Positions 26,764-40,468 of a stretch of DNA of 64,000 bases are shown piece by piece. Both the position numbers and the translations under genes were made by a program. Location of the stretch: contig OZ024743.1 of NCBI GenBank assembly GCA_964016885.1, positions 38,936,001 through 39,000,000 of the forward strand, given 5' to 3'. The notes below the pieces were generated by a model that saw only the letters and a program-made list of their open reading frames with translations, made no database searches and was not told the origin of the DNA. Every line of letters starts with the position of its first letter. Position 1 is the stretch's first letter. This DNA is from Eledone cirrhosa. Taxonomy: Eukaryota.

Positions 26764-29700
26764 AATATATATATATATTTATATATATATATATATATAT
26801 ATATTCATACATACATACTCATATATATATATATAAACATGCTTGTGTGTGTGTGCATCTGTATGGAGGTCAGGGAGTGCTTTGTAATTCAGGTTTTATA
26901 AAATTTTCTGCCATCAAGATTGTATATAAAATACAATAAACTATTCAAATTTAATATTCATGAATTAAAGTAGATTTTCTAATTCAGTTTTAAAAATCAG
27001 TTCAGAATCATCTATTTTCTTTCTAAATAAATTCAATTTTATACAAAAGGCCTAAAGCATACGTTAGAGATTATTGTTCCATATTTTATATATGATGACA
27101 TTTTATCTTCTCTGTCACTACCCGTTACCTATCTGTTTGTCTCCATTTATCAATACTGAGGATGAACATTATATGAGACTCACTCCTGTAAGTTACAGTA
27201 ATGCTAATCTTAGTATAATCACATAAACTTTAAGTGTAATATATGCTGCCCGAAGACATACACGTAAACTTAATTTTTGTTACACGAGATATCTTCTAAC
27301 TTATGTAGTCTATTATAGCCCTGAAGAACATAACGAATCATATATGTTTGCTCTAAGAAAAATCTCCGGATAAAGTAAGCATATAATCTATAGACTACTT
27401 TCTATACACTAACATGTTCTTCAGTCTATAAATCTCATTGCAAATCTAGAAGAATCTGTGTTAGTATTTCTATGCACTGTGTACCTAAATTTGCAAGATT
27501 ATATACACGAAGATATTTATTTGTAGATTTGTCACATGATGCTTCAATTCTTCAATTGAGATCGATGAAGTACCAGATTAAAAAACTAGAAATACTATAT
27601 ATAATCAACTATATCTCGAAAAGCGAGTGATCAAGCATAGCTATTCTCTCAATATGTAAACATAATAGCTATCTCTTAGCCATTGGTCTCTTCGTTTGCT
27701 GACGGAAAGTGTATATGTTATCCAACAATGAGTACAGTCAAAACTGTTCATATTCATCCCCACTTTTTCCGTCTCCGGAGAGATAAAACGATTATATATA
27801 CATATATATTCCACGTGTGGTTACACATCATAACTATAAATAATTTGTTTATCGATTACCATTAGATATACCATTTCGGATTATTGAATATGCTCTATTT
27901 ATTGGACCATTTACTAATTAATTGACTAGTTTCCAGCGAAAAGTCATAATATGCAGAGACGATAAATATATATCAGCAGTATGCCTCTGTCTATGCAGAA
28001 TGTTTGTGTACGTGATCAATGATGAAAGCTAAAATTAGAGTCAAAGGCGAGGAGATGAAACCTAATTTATTTGTCCCCGAGGAGAAACAAATACATGTGT
28101 TCATATTTACTCTCGTGTTATTAGATTACAGATAAGAATGATGACTAACATTTTTATTGTTTATCAGAAGATATACCTCACTAACCATTTCAGTATTTTG
28201 CAACACGTTATTTAGTGCATCATTAATTATCTAACATTATAGTGTATAAACAAATATTGCACTAAGATCTAAATATCAAGCATTACTCACATGATTATGA
28301 ATGTATATTATGCGCATGTTATGTGTATTTACCTTATATGCGTTATAAATATGATTTGAGACAATTACCATTTACTCATTACAATATGATTGTTTCAGTT
28401 TAAGATACAAGTCCAGTAATGTTGTAATGGTGATAACAATCACATATATTGACCCCTGAGCATGTTAGGTAGTATATTTTACTGACTCCCTAAAAAAGAA
28501 AGTACAATTTGACATCGATGGGATTTGCACTGTGAACGTAAAGAGATGGTTCAAAAACAGCTTAGACATTTCCCGACACCCATCGATATAGTGGGTCAAA
28601 AGCTCCTACTCACAAATATATCATAGATAAAATCCACACTATATTAGCCGCAAAATATTCACACTGTGTCATAAATATATTAATTCAAATCAACATGGGA
28701 ACACAATATTTTCTATTCATGTAACGTTTTTTATTCGTGGCATCTATATTATAAGTTGCCTTATTTAAAATGATGAGTCCACCTTCTCTTTAGTTGTCTT
28801 CTTCTGGAAAAACAAAACAGCCCGGTCTCTCAAATCACAGCATATTTCTGCATAAAAGAGAAATAGCTTACTTATCGTAGTCCTATATATAGTACTATGA
28901 AAAGGCTATTTCGTAATATAGTTGCTCCATTGGCGCTGCTCTGCGATGAGTGTGTATATATAAATACAATATTTGCATAAATAGTATAATTATTTTTAAA
29001 GGCTCTATGAAAGATCGTTGTTGTTTCATTGTTTAGCTAGGCAAAGGAGAGCTAGCTTGCCTCATTGAAAGGTAAAGAAGATGCTCTGAATTCGATAGCT
29101 CAAAGCATGGTGGGGGTGGCATGTCTTGCATATGATTTCCTCCAATCGATCGAAGTAAGTAAGTAGCTGTCTTAGTGACCCAAGTGACCAGATGTTTTCC
29201 TCACAATGGGTTTCATGAGAACCCTAGAGGAGGGGGGGGGCAGGCTTGTTATATGACAGTATATATAATAGATTAGAATACATAAGAGGAATCATGTATT
29301 TGTAAAGACCATGGTCGTTTTCGGAAGAACAATCACTTTTTACTGAAACACCGATTGAGCAAAACTTAATGCTATTTTCACAGCACATTATCCTTCGTCA
29401 TCACAATTGTAATAGTGTTGTAAAAGAAAATCTTTTACAGCATCTATTGAGGTAAATAGGAAGCGTTATTATATGTTTTATTACAATCTTATAATTGAGT
29501 CTTATTATATATTTGTTTATCCTTGAAGTTTCCTTTTCAGTATGATTTTAGAATGTGGTTCTACAAAAGCAATGCAATTATTGGTATTCCATTAGCTAAA
29601 ATGTGAGGGTACTTTCAGGATTATCCCTGGTCTAAAGAAACTCCGAATTGCAGTTAGAAAAAGTTCTTACTACCTCCCTTAACTCACATGCCATGTGTTG

Positions 29701-31396
29701 AGGCGAATATAACCGCCAAGGGTACGGGTGAGTCTGATACCATATGATGAGCCGCGTTGCAAGTTGTTGAAATTATTTCAAAATGTTTCTTTCCGCTCGC
29801 TGTAAAAATCATGTGAAATCTATACTCAAACTCATTTTTCATTCTCAACAAAACTGCAACCAGGCCCCCTGTCACCTGATACTCTCCCTGAGATACATGT
29901 GAGCAGAGAAGGCTTTGCAAAGCAGCCATCATTGCCCCCTTTCTCAAGCGAGAAAATAAATATCTGATATGTGCGCTGGTTTGAAGAAGGCGCATTAGGC
30001 TACGTATGGATACGCTGAAATTACATCCAGTCAACAATTATACCCCAACCCGAATTTTTTGCTATACCGAAAGCTAATTACTCATGATATAGTGTCTACG
30101 ATAATATTCATTTTGGTTCGATATAGTTTATAATCAAATTCAACATTCCATTTAAGCTATCGTTTATTTTACTTTATTTATTTTCACTGCTATAATATAA
30201 AAGTGCATACGGCTCCTGGAAATTCAATTATATACGCCCTGCTGCACCAACATTTGCTTTGTTAACACTATTAATTATTTCCGTATTTATCTCACACAAA
30301 GCTTATTTCAAAAATGAAATTAGCTTTACTGTTGTATAAAATATGTCCCGCGTTTGAGAACTGTTTCAATAAATCCTATAAATATTAATGTATTAAGTTT
30401 CCTTTCATTGATACATTTCTGTCTGCAGGACATAGCATAAATATCATAGTGCACATCCTTAGTTTAGTGATTTATTTTCGAATATAAACAATACAGTTTA
30501 CAGTCTAAATGAACTATTGGCTAGATGTAGAGTGCATTAGCCTAGAGTGAACACAACATATGCTACAATTACAGTATACACCACTCCAGCTTAATTTATT
30601 TCAAGTAGATTGAAGTTTTATATTTTCCTTACAGAGTATATAGATTTTGGACATTTTCTTTTTGTTCTCATTGATGATACTCTGGCGTTTTGAGGAGAAC
30701 ATATTGCCCATAGTTGCAATAAAGTATTGCTGAATTGCTGCGTTTGATCTTAATGTAAAACAAATCAATTTTGGTACATTTCTGTATCTGCGGCTTTTTA
30801 AGTTTGTGTTAAAAAACATTGCAATTGATTTTGTTTATAAATATTTGCTATTTTCGTATAACGACAGATCTAATTCTGGATTGCAGCCCCACCCTTTGAT
30901 AAACTCGAACATACATGTACTTATTAACATTTCTGAAATGGAAAGGATGCAGATTTATATAAAATCATAGATTTTAAGCACAACCTGTATCTGAGAAATT
31001 GTTGAATGTTTAAATGGTTTTGGGCTGCTATTTCTAGCTAACCCATTCACGTAACACAGAAAAAGGTTGAGATAGTTTTATTTTCGCAAATCCATGTGCG
31101 TTTTGGCAAGATCTTAGATTTGTTTTTGAGGAGTAAATTCATGTGATTAGTACTCTCTCACCGTTGATCCAAACTTAACATTCAACTATTCCAAAAGTGA
31201 AACAGATCTGTAGCCGTTAAAATAATACCTACGAGAGTAAAGCCGTTCTTTGTAGTTTAGTATGTGTCGTTTGATTTAATGTGAAACTGCTTATACTGCG
31301 AATTGGTAATTAATATGTTTATGATCTTACATTCTTTCCAAATTATCTCCTGCGTATTGATTGATATATTTCTATATATGTCAATCAATACACAGG

Positions 31397-31431
<35 letters not shown>

Positions 31432-31436
<5 letters not shown>

Positions 31437-31619
31437 GTTTCTACTATTGGCACAAGGCCAGCAATTATTCCAGTGTATTACTGGTACTTTATTTTATCGA
31501 CCCCGTAAGGATGAAAGGCAAAGTTAATCTCGGCGGGATTTGAACTCAGTCCGTATAGGGACGTAATGTGCTGCAAAGCATGGCTTCCGACCCTCTACCG
31601 ATACTGCCAATCGACCGCC
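31432..31619 (-). mobile_element. tRNA-derived SINE, full-length
   Basis: A/B boxes and family core; tail merges into (TA)n. Confidence 0.88.
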
Positions 31620-31837
31620 AACTACCAATCCAATATATAATGAAGAATAGGATGTGACAGTTGAGATATTGTAGTTTAACTGTTGAGTCGGCAGGTGTTC
31701 GGTTGTCGGGTCCCGGCTATAAATAATATATCCATACTCAACCACCTCAAGTATCCAGTACAGACTTGAGAAATGGTATAACTAGGTAAAGCTGAATGCA
31801 TCCTGGTCTATTTATCTCTCTCCCCCGCTCTCTCTCT

Positions 31838-31959
<122 letters not shown>

Positions 31960-33499
31960 TAACTTGCGACAGTACGAATTCAATCTGCCAAGTTTTGCTC
32001 TCAATGCATTGATCTACCCTGATGCTAGGTGGTTTCAAAGGCTACTCATTACCCACTCAGCTAAGTCTGTGGCTATTATGATTTGTGTAATAATACCTTC
32101 AAAATCATGCAGATAACTATTTAAGTACAATCTATTACATTGCAGAATCTTCTGAAATGTATAGTATATATAATTATGAATATAAAATGTTAGCCGTCAC
32201 TGTTACATCTAATTTCATACAAGTAGATAAATATAACGAGACGTATTATCAATATCGGCAGAAAATAATGATTATCCTGATCCATGTGGGATCTAACATG
32301 AATGTTCATATGTATTTATGTATGCTTGAGGCGTTAAGAATTTTAATTGACAATAATTAGTTCGCATGTTCATACATTAAGTTATATATGAATGTTTTAT
32401 GGAAGTACTTAGAATGGGTTTTACCTCTACTTCGTATTATGCCCAATATGCTATATATTATGTCGTCTTCATTTGGTTAGGGAAATGCGTTAAGGGCATG
32501 TGTGTTTCTGGATTACATAACCAAAGGTTTGCACGCTCCATTGATTGAATGTCGAAATGCTCATACTCGAAACTGATAGATGATTTATCAAGATCCATTA
32601 AAGAACAAGCACGCACCAATTTGCACAATATTATATACAGACATTTTTAGTCTCTGTAAAGGAATAATGCCTGGTCTTCGTGAAAGTCTATTTTGCATAC
32701 GATGATATTTATCTCATAAAATATATACGTTAATGCTAATTAGAGGCAAACCTACAACATATTCTTGATAAAAACAAACACACAAACTGAAAGACTGTTG
32801 ATGAGATAAACACATATATGCCGATGAACGGAAAATAGTGCCCCGAGTTACAATACTCTGAGAGCAGTTATACATTCAACGTACCTGGCTTTTATAAATT
32901 ACATACATAAAAGTCAGCAAATGCCACATTACAATGTTTATAAAGCGATAATCATCGTTATCCTAATCTCATGTTATAATTAAATTATGTATGCGAGAAC
33001 ATATGATTACAGTAAATAACACTAATCTTATTTTCAGATATTTCATTCGGTTTAGTCTTCTTAGTTCCAGGATTTATATTTCGTTCATACTCACACCGGG
33101 ATTAATATGTCTCATATTTATGTTAGCTATTAGTTTATCAATATGATACTAGATACGATAGAAGAAGATATTTTCATACATATTATATAATTCATTCAAT
33201 ACCATTTTGCTAATTCTTGTTCTATTTGTAAAACAATGTTTTTCTCAACATATAGGATTTGTAGTATTGGAATTGTAAATGAAATATTTCCAAACACCGT
33301 GATGTTTTTCTTCGAGTAATGTAAGAGGCTGTTAGATGGTTACTAATGCTTTGGCATTTATAACTACGCCAGTTTAGAAATAGCATATGGTATGTATAAT
33401 TACATTGAATGTGGGTAAATTAAATATACGGCATTATGATATTTTAACATCATATTCATATATGGTAAGATCAGAGTGCAAAGGTTATTGAAATTTCAT

Positions 33500-34932
33500 A
33501 TTCGGCCGACTATGAAATGCGGGTAATTATGAGGGCAAGCGGCCTCACTGTTACAACTGTGGTGAAACCACCCGTCTGTGAGCCTTCTGCTAACAGTTTA
33601 ACAATTGCAGGGTGCCACAGACCTCATTTGCTGCAAACGTCAGTGCAGAGGAATAAGACCGCAGCAGCGACAGCGTAATCACCAGCAGCAAAACAAGCCA
33701 AACAAAATCAACCCAAGGGGAAAATAAGGAAATCTCTCCTAATCCCCACCCCCTTCCACAAACAAACACACACACAGACATCCACACAAACACAGAATCA
33801 CTCCAAACTGACAAAGAGTGCTTGTCTTGTCATAGTGAAGAGGGAGGACAACCAAAAATCGCAAAAACAAAAGTACAAACACAAGCTAAACTCCCCTAAG
33901 ATCACACGCATACAAACAACCGCAAACACACGCTCAGACACATGCTCAACAATACAAACACTATCACAACTTCCACAATCACCCACATGAAAACAAGCAC
34001 AACCACAACAAATCAACATCACACACAAACAACCGAAAAGCAGACATATCTTCAAAGACACAAACACTACCACCGCATCTACAATCACCCAAAAACTTCA
34101 TGGTCTGGTATCGGCCTGGAGACAAGGTCACTTGATGAATGAACTTAGGGCACTAGCTGTACCAGACTTAGTTTCCGATTTCCTCGAAGCGCTCAACTTC
34201 AACTGACAGCATAACGGGAGTATTACCAGTACTGTAAGCCGCAGTGTAGTGACGCTCATCAGGAAAGACGAGAGGAAGAGGGATACGCTAGACAACTTCA
34301 GGTGCACAACGCTGTTCAACACAGAGTTTAAGATTTGGGAAAATTTGTTAGCGAAGTGGTTGGCGCTTGTACTCGAGGATTTGGTATGGGAGGCGCTAGC
34401 TTGGGCAATCCCGACCCGGTTCATACACGACAACCTCCACCTCATGCGATACACCATAGAGAGGTTAAGGTGTAAACCTAAATTCGGTGGCGCTCGGAAA
34501 AATTAGATCAAACGAAAGCATTCGATAGGGTCGACCATTGATACGTAGAGGCAAATGATGCGCAAACATGCGCTGGGACTATGGGGTCTCCAGAGATTCT
34601 GCCTGAACGATGGACAGGTGTGGTTGGCGTTTGTCAGGCGGCCTTTCCGCAGTTTGTCTCTTTGACTGATCTGTAGTCCTGCGTCAAGAAGAGACCGTGA
34701 CTGGGCGTCTGGCATCTGCAATGTTTCGAGTGACATACTGCCCTCTACCAGGCAAGCAATGCAGTCTGGGAAACTTCCTCTCTAGAGTTCTATAGAGGAT
34801 TAGTGATGGGCAAGTGCGACGATGCACTCGGGGGTCGACGAAATCGAACTGACCAGATGTTCCGGGGGACTTTTGAGCCGTGGACGATGGATAACTTCCA
34901 GAAATTCCTAACTTGGCAGTGCAACAAGGAGT

Positions 34933-34963
<31 letters not shown>

Positions 34964-35650
34964 GGGTCAACTGCGGATTTGAGATAAACGCTAGATAGAG
35001 AGAAATGCTATCAGATGGACCTGCCTAGGATGTATGCAGAGCGACGAAACCTTTCGGCAGGCACTCGTCTTGTGTCCGTGCACTACTGACTTGCGGAGTT
35101 ATGTCGAATAGCTGTTGTCGCCCGTAGAACCGATCCGACTATCACCCGCCTCCATAGTGAAGATCGACTCGCCGCCTTCTTTTGTCCAGGAAGGGCAGGC
35201 AAATTTCATCTGTCTGGTTTCAGTAGCAAAATTGACATGTACATTTTCAAAATTGACTCGGAAAGGAAGGTGAGAGAGAAGTACTGCCCCTCAGATCATT
35301 TGCTAAAAGATGAGTGAATGTGGCGAGAATGGTCCGTGTCAATGGCCCTACTATCACCATATACCTGTAGGCTGGTGAATTTGAGGAGGAGAGGGGTACC
35401 CTTCCCGGGTGCCCTCGCAGCGTCGGATTGTTCAGGATTGGTGGGGTACCTGAGTCAAAACTAGGTAGTTATACCCCCTTTTGGGGAATTTTCATTGTTG
35501 TATTTTTCATGTTATTGTTATTGTTTTCGTTTTACTTTACTCGATTTTTGTGTAAACCCCCACTGTCCCCGTCTATTGTATTGTCCTCTATATGTCGGCC
35601 CCTGTGGCCAATAAATGAAAACATGTTTATTATTGTTGTTATTATTATTA
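33500..35650 (+). mobile_element. Old, internally deleted relative of the Tx1-like LINE
   Basis: ORF1 knuckle remnant CYNCGETTRL*AFC; ORF2 start (QGHLMNELRAL) fused to RT (NFRCTTLFNTEFKI, IHDNLHLMRY, KAFDRVDH); C-terminal remnants; 3' UTR with ccctgtggccAATAAA. Confidence 0.85.
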
Positions 35651-35791
35651 ATGGTAGTAGTAGTAGTAACAATAATAAACCTATTTGTCGTTGGTAATAT
35701 GTAACGGCAACAAATGTAACATTCTATAATAATCATCTTCATAAAAATAAATTATAAATAATAATAATATTAACTTTATATATATATATGC

Positions 35792-35847
<56 letters not shown>

Positions 35848-37179
35848 ATGTGTGTGTGTGTTTATATATATTCAGATATATCTAACTATCTATCTATATA
35901 GAAATATATCTATATATATAATGTAATATATACACCTTCATTGAAACACAGGCATACACATAATGAACGCTCAAAGACGCACACACAAACACACACACGC
36001 ACCCCCCCTCTCTCTCACACACACACACGCAGGCACCCTCTCTCACACGCACACACATATATATATTAAACCTTATAAATGTTGGAAGACATTTCTTTAT
36101 ATATTTCATTTTGTTGAAAGGTCATTTATATTGTGTCATCTTCAGTAAACTTTTGACATTTCGCTTAGGACTTCCGTTATAGCTTAATCAATTGTGTGGA
36201 CCTTTTAATCTGGCATTTATTCTCGATGTTTTGTGACAGCTAATAAGGGCGCTCATTGGTCATCGGTGGAAGCTTCAACCTTCGAAATTTTCCAGTATAT
36301 GTTGTCGAAGAAAATATTACATTGTGTTTGTTTCTGCTGAATTATTTTTTTCTTTTTAATTCCATATATCTACACATATTTCTACCGATATATTTCTAAT
36401 GAAACGCACTACTTAAAATTTCAAATACTTTTGAAAATTCTGATGAATTTAGAAATATTCATTAATATCACTAACTTTCACGTTAAGCTGGTATGTACTC
36501 GTATAAACAAAGTTTGTTACAGGAAATTAATATGGGAACTATTCTATAAATAGAAAATGATATATTTTTATGACAATATACAAATGTATTAATCAGGAAA
36601 TATTTTAATCGTTCTTTCCTTCTACAACGTTTGAACATATTCCCTCAACTTATTCACATTGAATTGTGCTCTGTATCCATTTATATAGAGAGACGTGAAC
36701 ATGTCATTTCTCGTCTCTATACCTGCTTGTGGCTGGGCTCGATATCTATTTCCATGTAACACATTCTCCAAAGAGAACTTCGGGGAACCACAATTTGAGC
36801 GTTTGTTGTCGCTAGATCATAATATGCAGGAACCGATTCAAACAAATAAACCAACCATAGATACTATATAAATGAGGTCCTATGAATCAAAGGATTAATA
36901 AAACGATTAATATTTCTTTATAGCTGATATGTTCCTTTAAATTATCCCCCATTTATCATTATATTTTTTTTTCTTTGAGAGTGATTTTACTGTTAAATCT
37001 GGCGAATCCCACGCTTACGGACAAGCTGTTTTGTTGCTTCTAATATAAAGCATAAATCTGGAAAAAAAAAGTACGTGACAGGAAGCACAGTGAGTGTGTG
37101 TGTGTCTGTATGTGTATGTGTGTGTGTGAGTGAGTGTGTGTGTGTGTGCATCAGTGTATATATATTATATATATATATA

Positions 37180-37376
37180 TTTCTTTTATTTGCCACTAGG
37201 GCATCAAAAGTGGGACAAGTACAAAGGGGGGAGTTTACACAAAAAGGCGTCCTCAATAAGGAGAAGGCAATAACAAAATATAAAAATAAAATAAGATATA
37301 ACAAAAAATAAAATTTTTAACAAAATCCTCAATAGAGAGGAGGCGCCTTGGGGGGTCGCACACACCCCCGAAAAAA
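37180..37376 (-). mobile_element. 3' UTR-only fragment of a related LINE within (TA)n
   Basis: Minus: ttttgtgtaaactcccc...ttgtcc...ccctagtggcaAATAAAagaaa(TA)n, resembling the 3' ends at 4110-4135 and 35545-35620. Confidence 0.55.
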
Positions 37377-37631
37377 GATATATATATATATATACACACA
37401 CACGCGAATGTCTGTGTGTCTGTATTTTTGTGTGCAAGCATGTAAATAATATCTTTACCTTTCCGCAAGTAAAGACGATTAGATATAAGTAGCTTGAATA
37501 GAATACACACAAAACGGAAGACACGCGTAAACACAGAGACAAATATACTCTTCCCTTCCACAATTCTTTCACAGTCTTTCCTTCTCTCCCTCTCGCACAT
37601 TTTCTTCTTTTCCGTATGTATGTATATATAT

Positions 37632-37684
<53 letters not shown>

Positions 37685-38977
37685 TATATTTATTCTGTTT
37701 TAGGATTTCTTTCATGTTAACTTATAGACCACATGGTAGATTATAATTATGTATTGCAAGAAGCCTTTGCTACATAAATCAGACAGTTACGGTGCGTGAT
37801 AACAACAATAGTAGTTTTCTGAAACACTGTTATTTTTATATACGAATTATTTCTATTTTTGATCAGATGACGTGAAGATAATTAGTGAAATTGGTAGCAG
37901 CCGAGGGGCTTGTTGGTCCTATAAAATCAGTTCTGAAGTAAAGAGGAAAATAAACATACTGTTTGTATAAGAAGTGTTGGCATTAATTTCGCCAGTAAAC
38001 TAGATCTATCTTCGTCTGTCTAGTTGTAAATGACTTGGCACAGATCTTTACAGTATTTGGCTATAAGGGAGAGCGCAAATTTCTATCAGATATAATGAGT
38101 TAACTAGTAAGCAAGAGTAAAGTGTAATGTAATTTCTCTTCGTCCCCAGATGGACATAAATCGAAGCATCTCATTTCTTTGAATGGATTATAATTCCTGA
38201 TTTAGGGTTCTGATTTAGGGATGTATAATTGTCTCAAATGATTAGTCCCATGCTATAAGATGTAGCAGATAATTCTTATATTAAAAACAACTTTAAATAG
38301 ACTTAGGAAATACAATAGTGAACTATTCTTGAGTGTGTATCGTATTATCGTATATATTTACAAATATTCTATTGTATGAATATCATTTGGTATTTGTTCT
38401 CCAATCGTTCTAATTTCGTTCGCATGTAGCTTCTAAATCAATCGTATATTTTGATAGAAACAAGTCTCTAGAATAAGGCAGAGCTCCAGCCGTTTCGACG
38501 GCTATTTCTGAACTACATTAGAATTTTTAACCTGGTAAATAAATAGCCGAACTTTTCAAGGGGTATTTCCTTATATGGGAAGATTGTAGTTAAATGTCCC
38601 TCTCATTCCATCAAATGTATGGATCATTAATTAGTCGTGGAGACATAGAAGCGCCGAAATGTCATTAGACACATATTTGAAAATTAAAATACTTGAAACA
38701 CATCCCTCTCCAGATGATCCCTCTAGAAAATTGAGAAATATTGGGAAAGATAATTAGAAAGAGAGCAATATGCATAGAGGGAGAAACAGCCTAAGTGTTG
38801 GACTTGTTCTCAATTTATCAATCCCTAAGAATGTTAGGTAAAGTTGAAATCAGCGGGATTGGAACGCATCACAACAAGACTGAACTAATAAGGCACAGCA
38901 TGCCATTCGACATTCTACTGGTTCGGCCAATTATGTGCTGGCATATAAGGTTATGAAAAGAATACACACATTTTAGT

Positions 38978-39026
<49 letters not shown>

Positions 39027-39101
39027 AATAGCTTAGATAGGGCTAGACATAAGATAGGGAAAGCCACCTCATGGTACGACAACCAGAGATACCAGACTGT
39101 C

Positions 39102-39656
39102 ATGTATGTGGACGCTATCCCTGGATGGAAATTAGCTAACCAGTATAGAAAGGCCCTCAGAAAGACCCACTTAAAGATTAAGGTGGTAGAACAGCCAGGA
39201 ACCACCATAAAATCCCTGAGCAGCAAAATGTACCCTTTTAAGAAAACCCACTGTACTAATAGCAAATGTATCATATGTAAGGTAAACCCACGGATAAACT
39301 CTAAAACTAGAAACGTAGTCTATAGCATAATATGTATAGAGGGTACGTGCAGAAACATGACAACAACATACATAGGCGAGACAGGTCGTAGCATAGGTGA
39401 AAGTATAGAGCAACACTGGGGGGAACAAAAAGGACGAAAAACCGGTTCAGTTCTATACGAACATGCCAGACAACAACACGACGGAAACATAGACAACATA
39501 GAAATTAGAATAATATCTAAACATAGAAATGACCCAGCAGATTGGCAAATCAAAGAGGCCAGTGAAATAGAACTTAGAAGGCCAAGTCTAAACGGAAATA
39601 ATGAATGGAATAACAACAACACCCAAACAAACAACACTGACCTAAGAGAAGTATAA
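39102..39656 (+). CDS. GIY-YIG endonuclease domain of Penelope-like element (fragment)
   Basis: Cys-rich linker HCTNSKCIIC, VVY/YIG motifs, conserved R, E and N positions. Confidence 0.8.
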   Translation: MYVDAIPGWKLANQYRKALRKTHLKIKVVEQPGTTIKSLSSKMYPFKKTHCTNSKCIICKVNPRINSKTRNVVYSIICIEGTCRNMTTTYIGETGRSIGESIEQHWGEQKGRKTGSVLYEHARQQHDGNIDNIEIRIISKHRNDPADWQIKEASEIELRRPSLNGNNEWNNNNTQTNNTDLREV

Positions 39657-39917
39657 ATAAATAAATAGATAAATAAATAAATAAATACATACACAAGCAC
39701 AATGGCAATAAACACATATAAACACACACTAGTAAATATAGAATACATTAACCAATACACAGTCACGCAATCACGAACACACATCAAACAAAACGCTATA
39801 CACACACACAAACGCATGCGCAAAGAAGACAAAATAAAATAAACAAATAAATATATATATAAACAGACCAAATAAAGATGGCGTAGAAAATACAATGCAA
39901 CGGGAGGAAACAATAGC

Positions 39918-39960
39918 ACCACTGACGATGTTGCAGATGTGCAACGAAAGAACTTTGATC
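39918..39960 (+). ncRNA. Hammerhead motif in the PLE 3' region
   Basis: CTGACGA-t-GTTGCA(gatg)TGCAAC-GAAA-gaac-TT; helices I and III mutated. Confidence 0.65.
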
Positions 39961-40199
39961 AACTATATATATGCGTGTGTGTCTATATTGTATCGGTATT
40001 ATTTTGGACCGTTGGTAAGTCAATGGCAACATTGAGGACCGAATAGATTAGATTACCGATATAAAAGACACAGAAGCGAAAACCAACCAAACAGTGAGTG
40101 TGTTCTGTTATTAATTCAGGCAATATTACACAAATATAACCCTCCCCAAGTATAACACTATTTGTTTCGACACACGATTCCATATCAAAAACCTCGCAA

Positions 40200-40347
<148 letters not shown>

Positions 40348-40468
40348 CTACCAAAATATACGGTAGTGTCCAGTCCGTATGAAGAACTGAATGTAATCCA
40401 AATATCATGAAAAGAGAAGATGTATTCAAAGGTTTTTCGATGAAAAACACAGGAAAACAGAGTCAAGG

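Larger units (their letters stand above)
39022..40157 (+). mobile_element. 5'-truncated Penelope-like element (GIY-YIG domain and 3' region)
   Basis: Collinear with 60494-61638; ORF 39102-39656 with NVVYSIIC...YIGETGR...H...E...PSLN. Confidence 0.9.

Noticed and set aside
27385-27432. tatagaCTGAAGA...GAAA...tctata on minus
   Set aside because: No UH cleavage site in register and helix II misaligned
29095-29130. KHGGG, a Tc1-like motif
   Set aside because: Five residues only; no other transposase motif or TIR found
29684-30037. 117-aa minus-strand ORF
   Set aside because: No recognisable motif or splice support
36090-36152. CTGAAGA...GAAATATATA on minus
   Set aside because: Helix II does not pair
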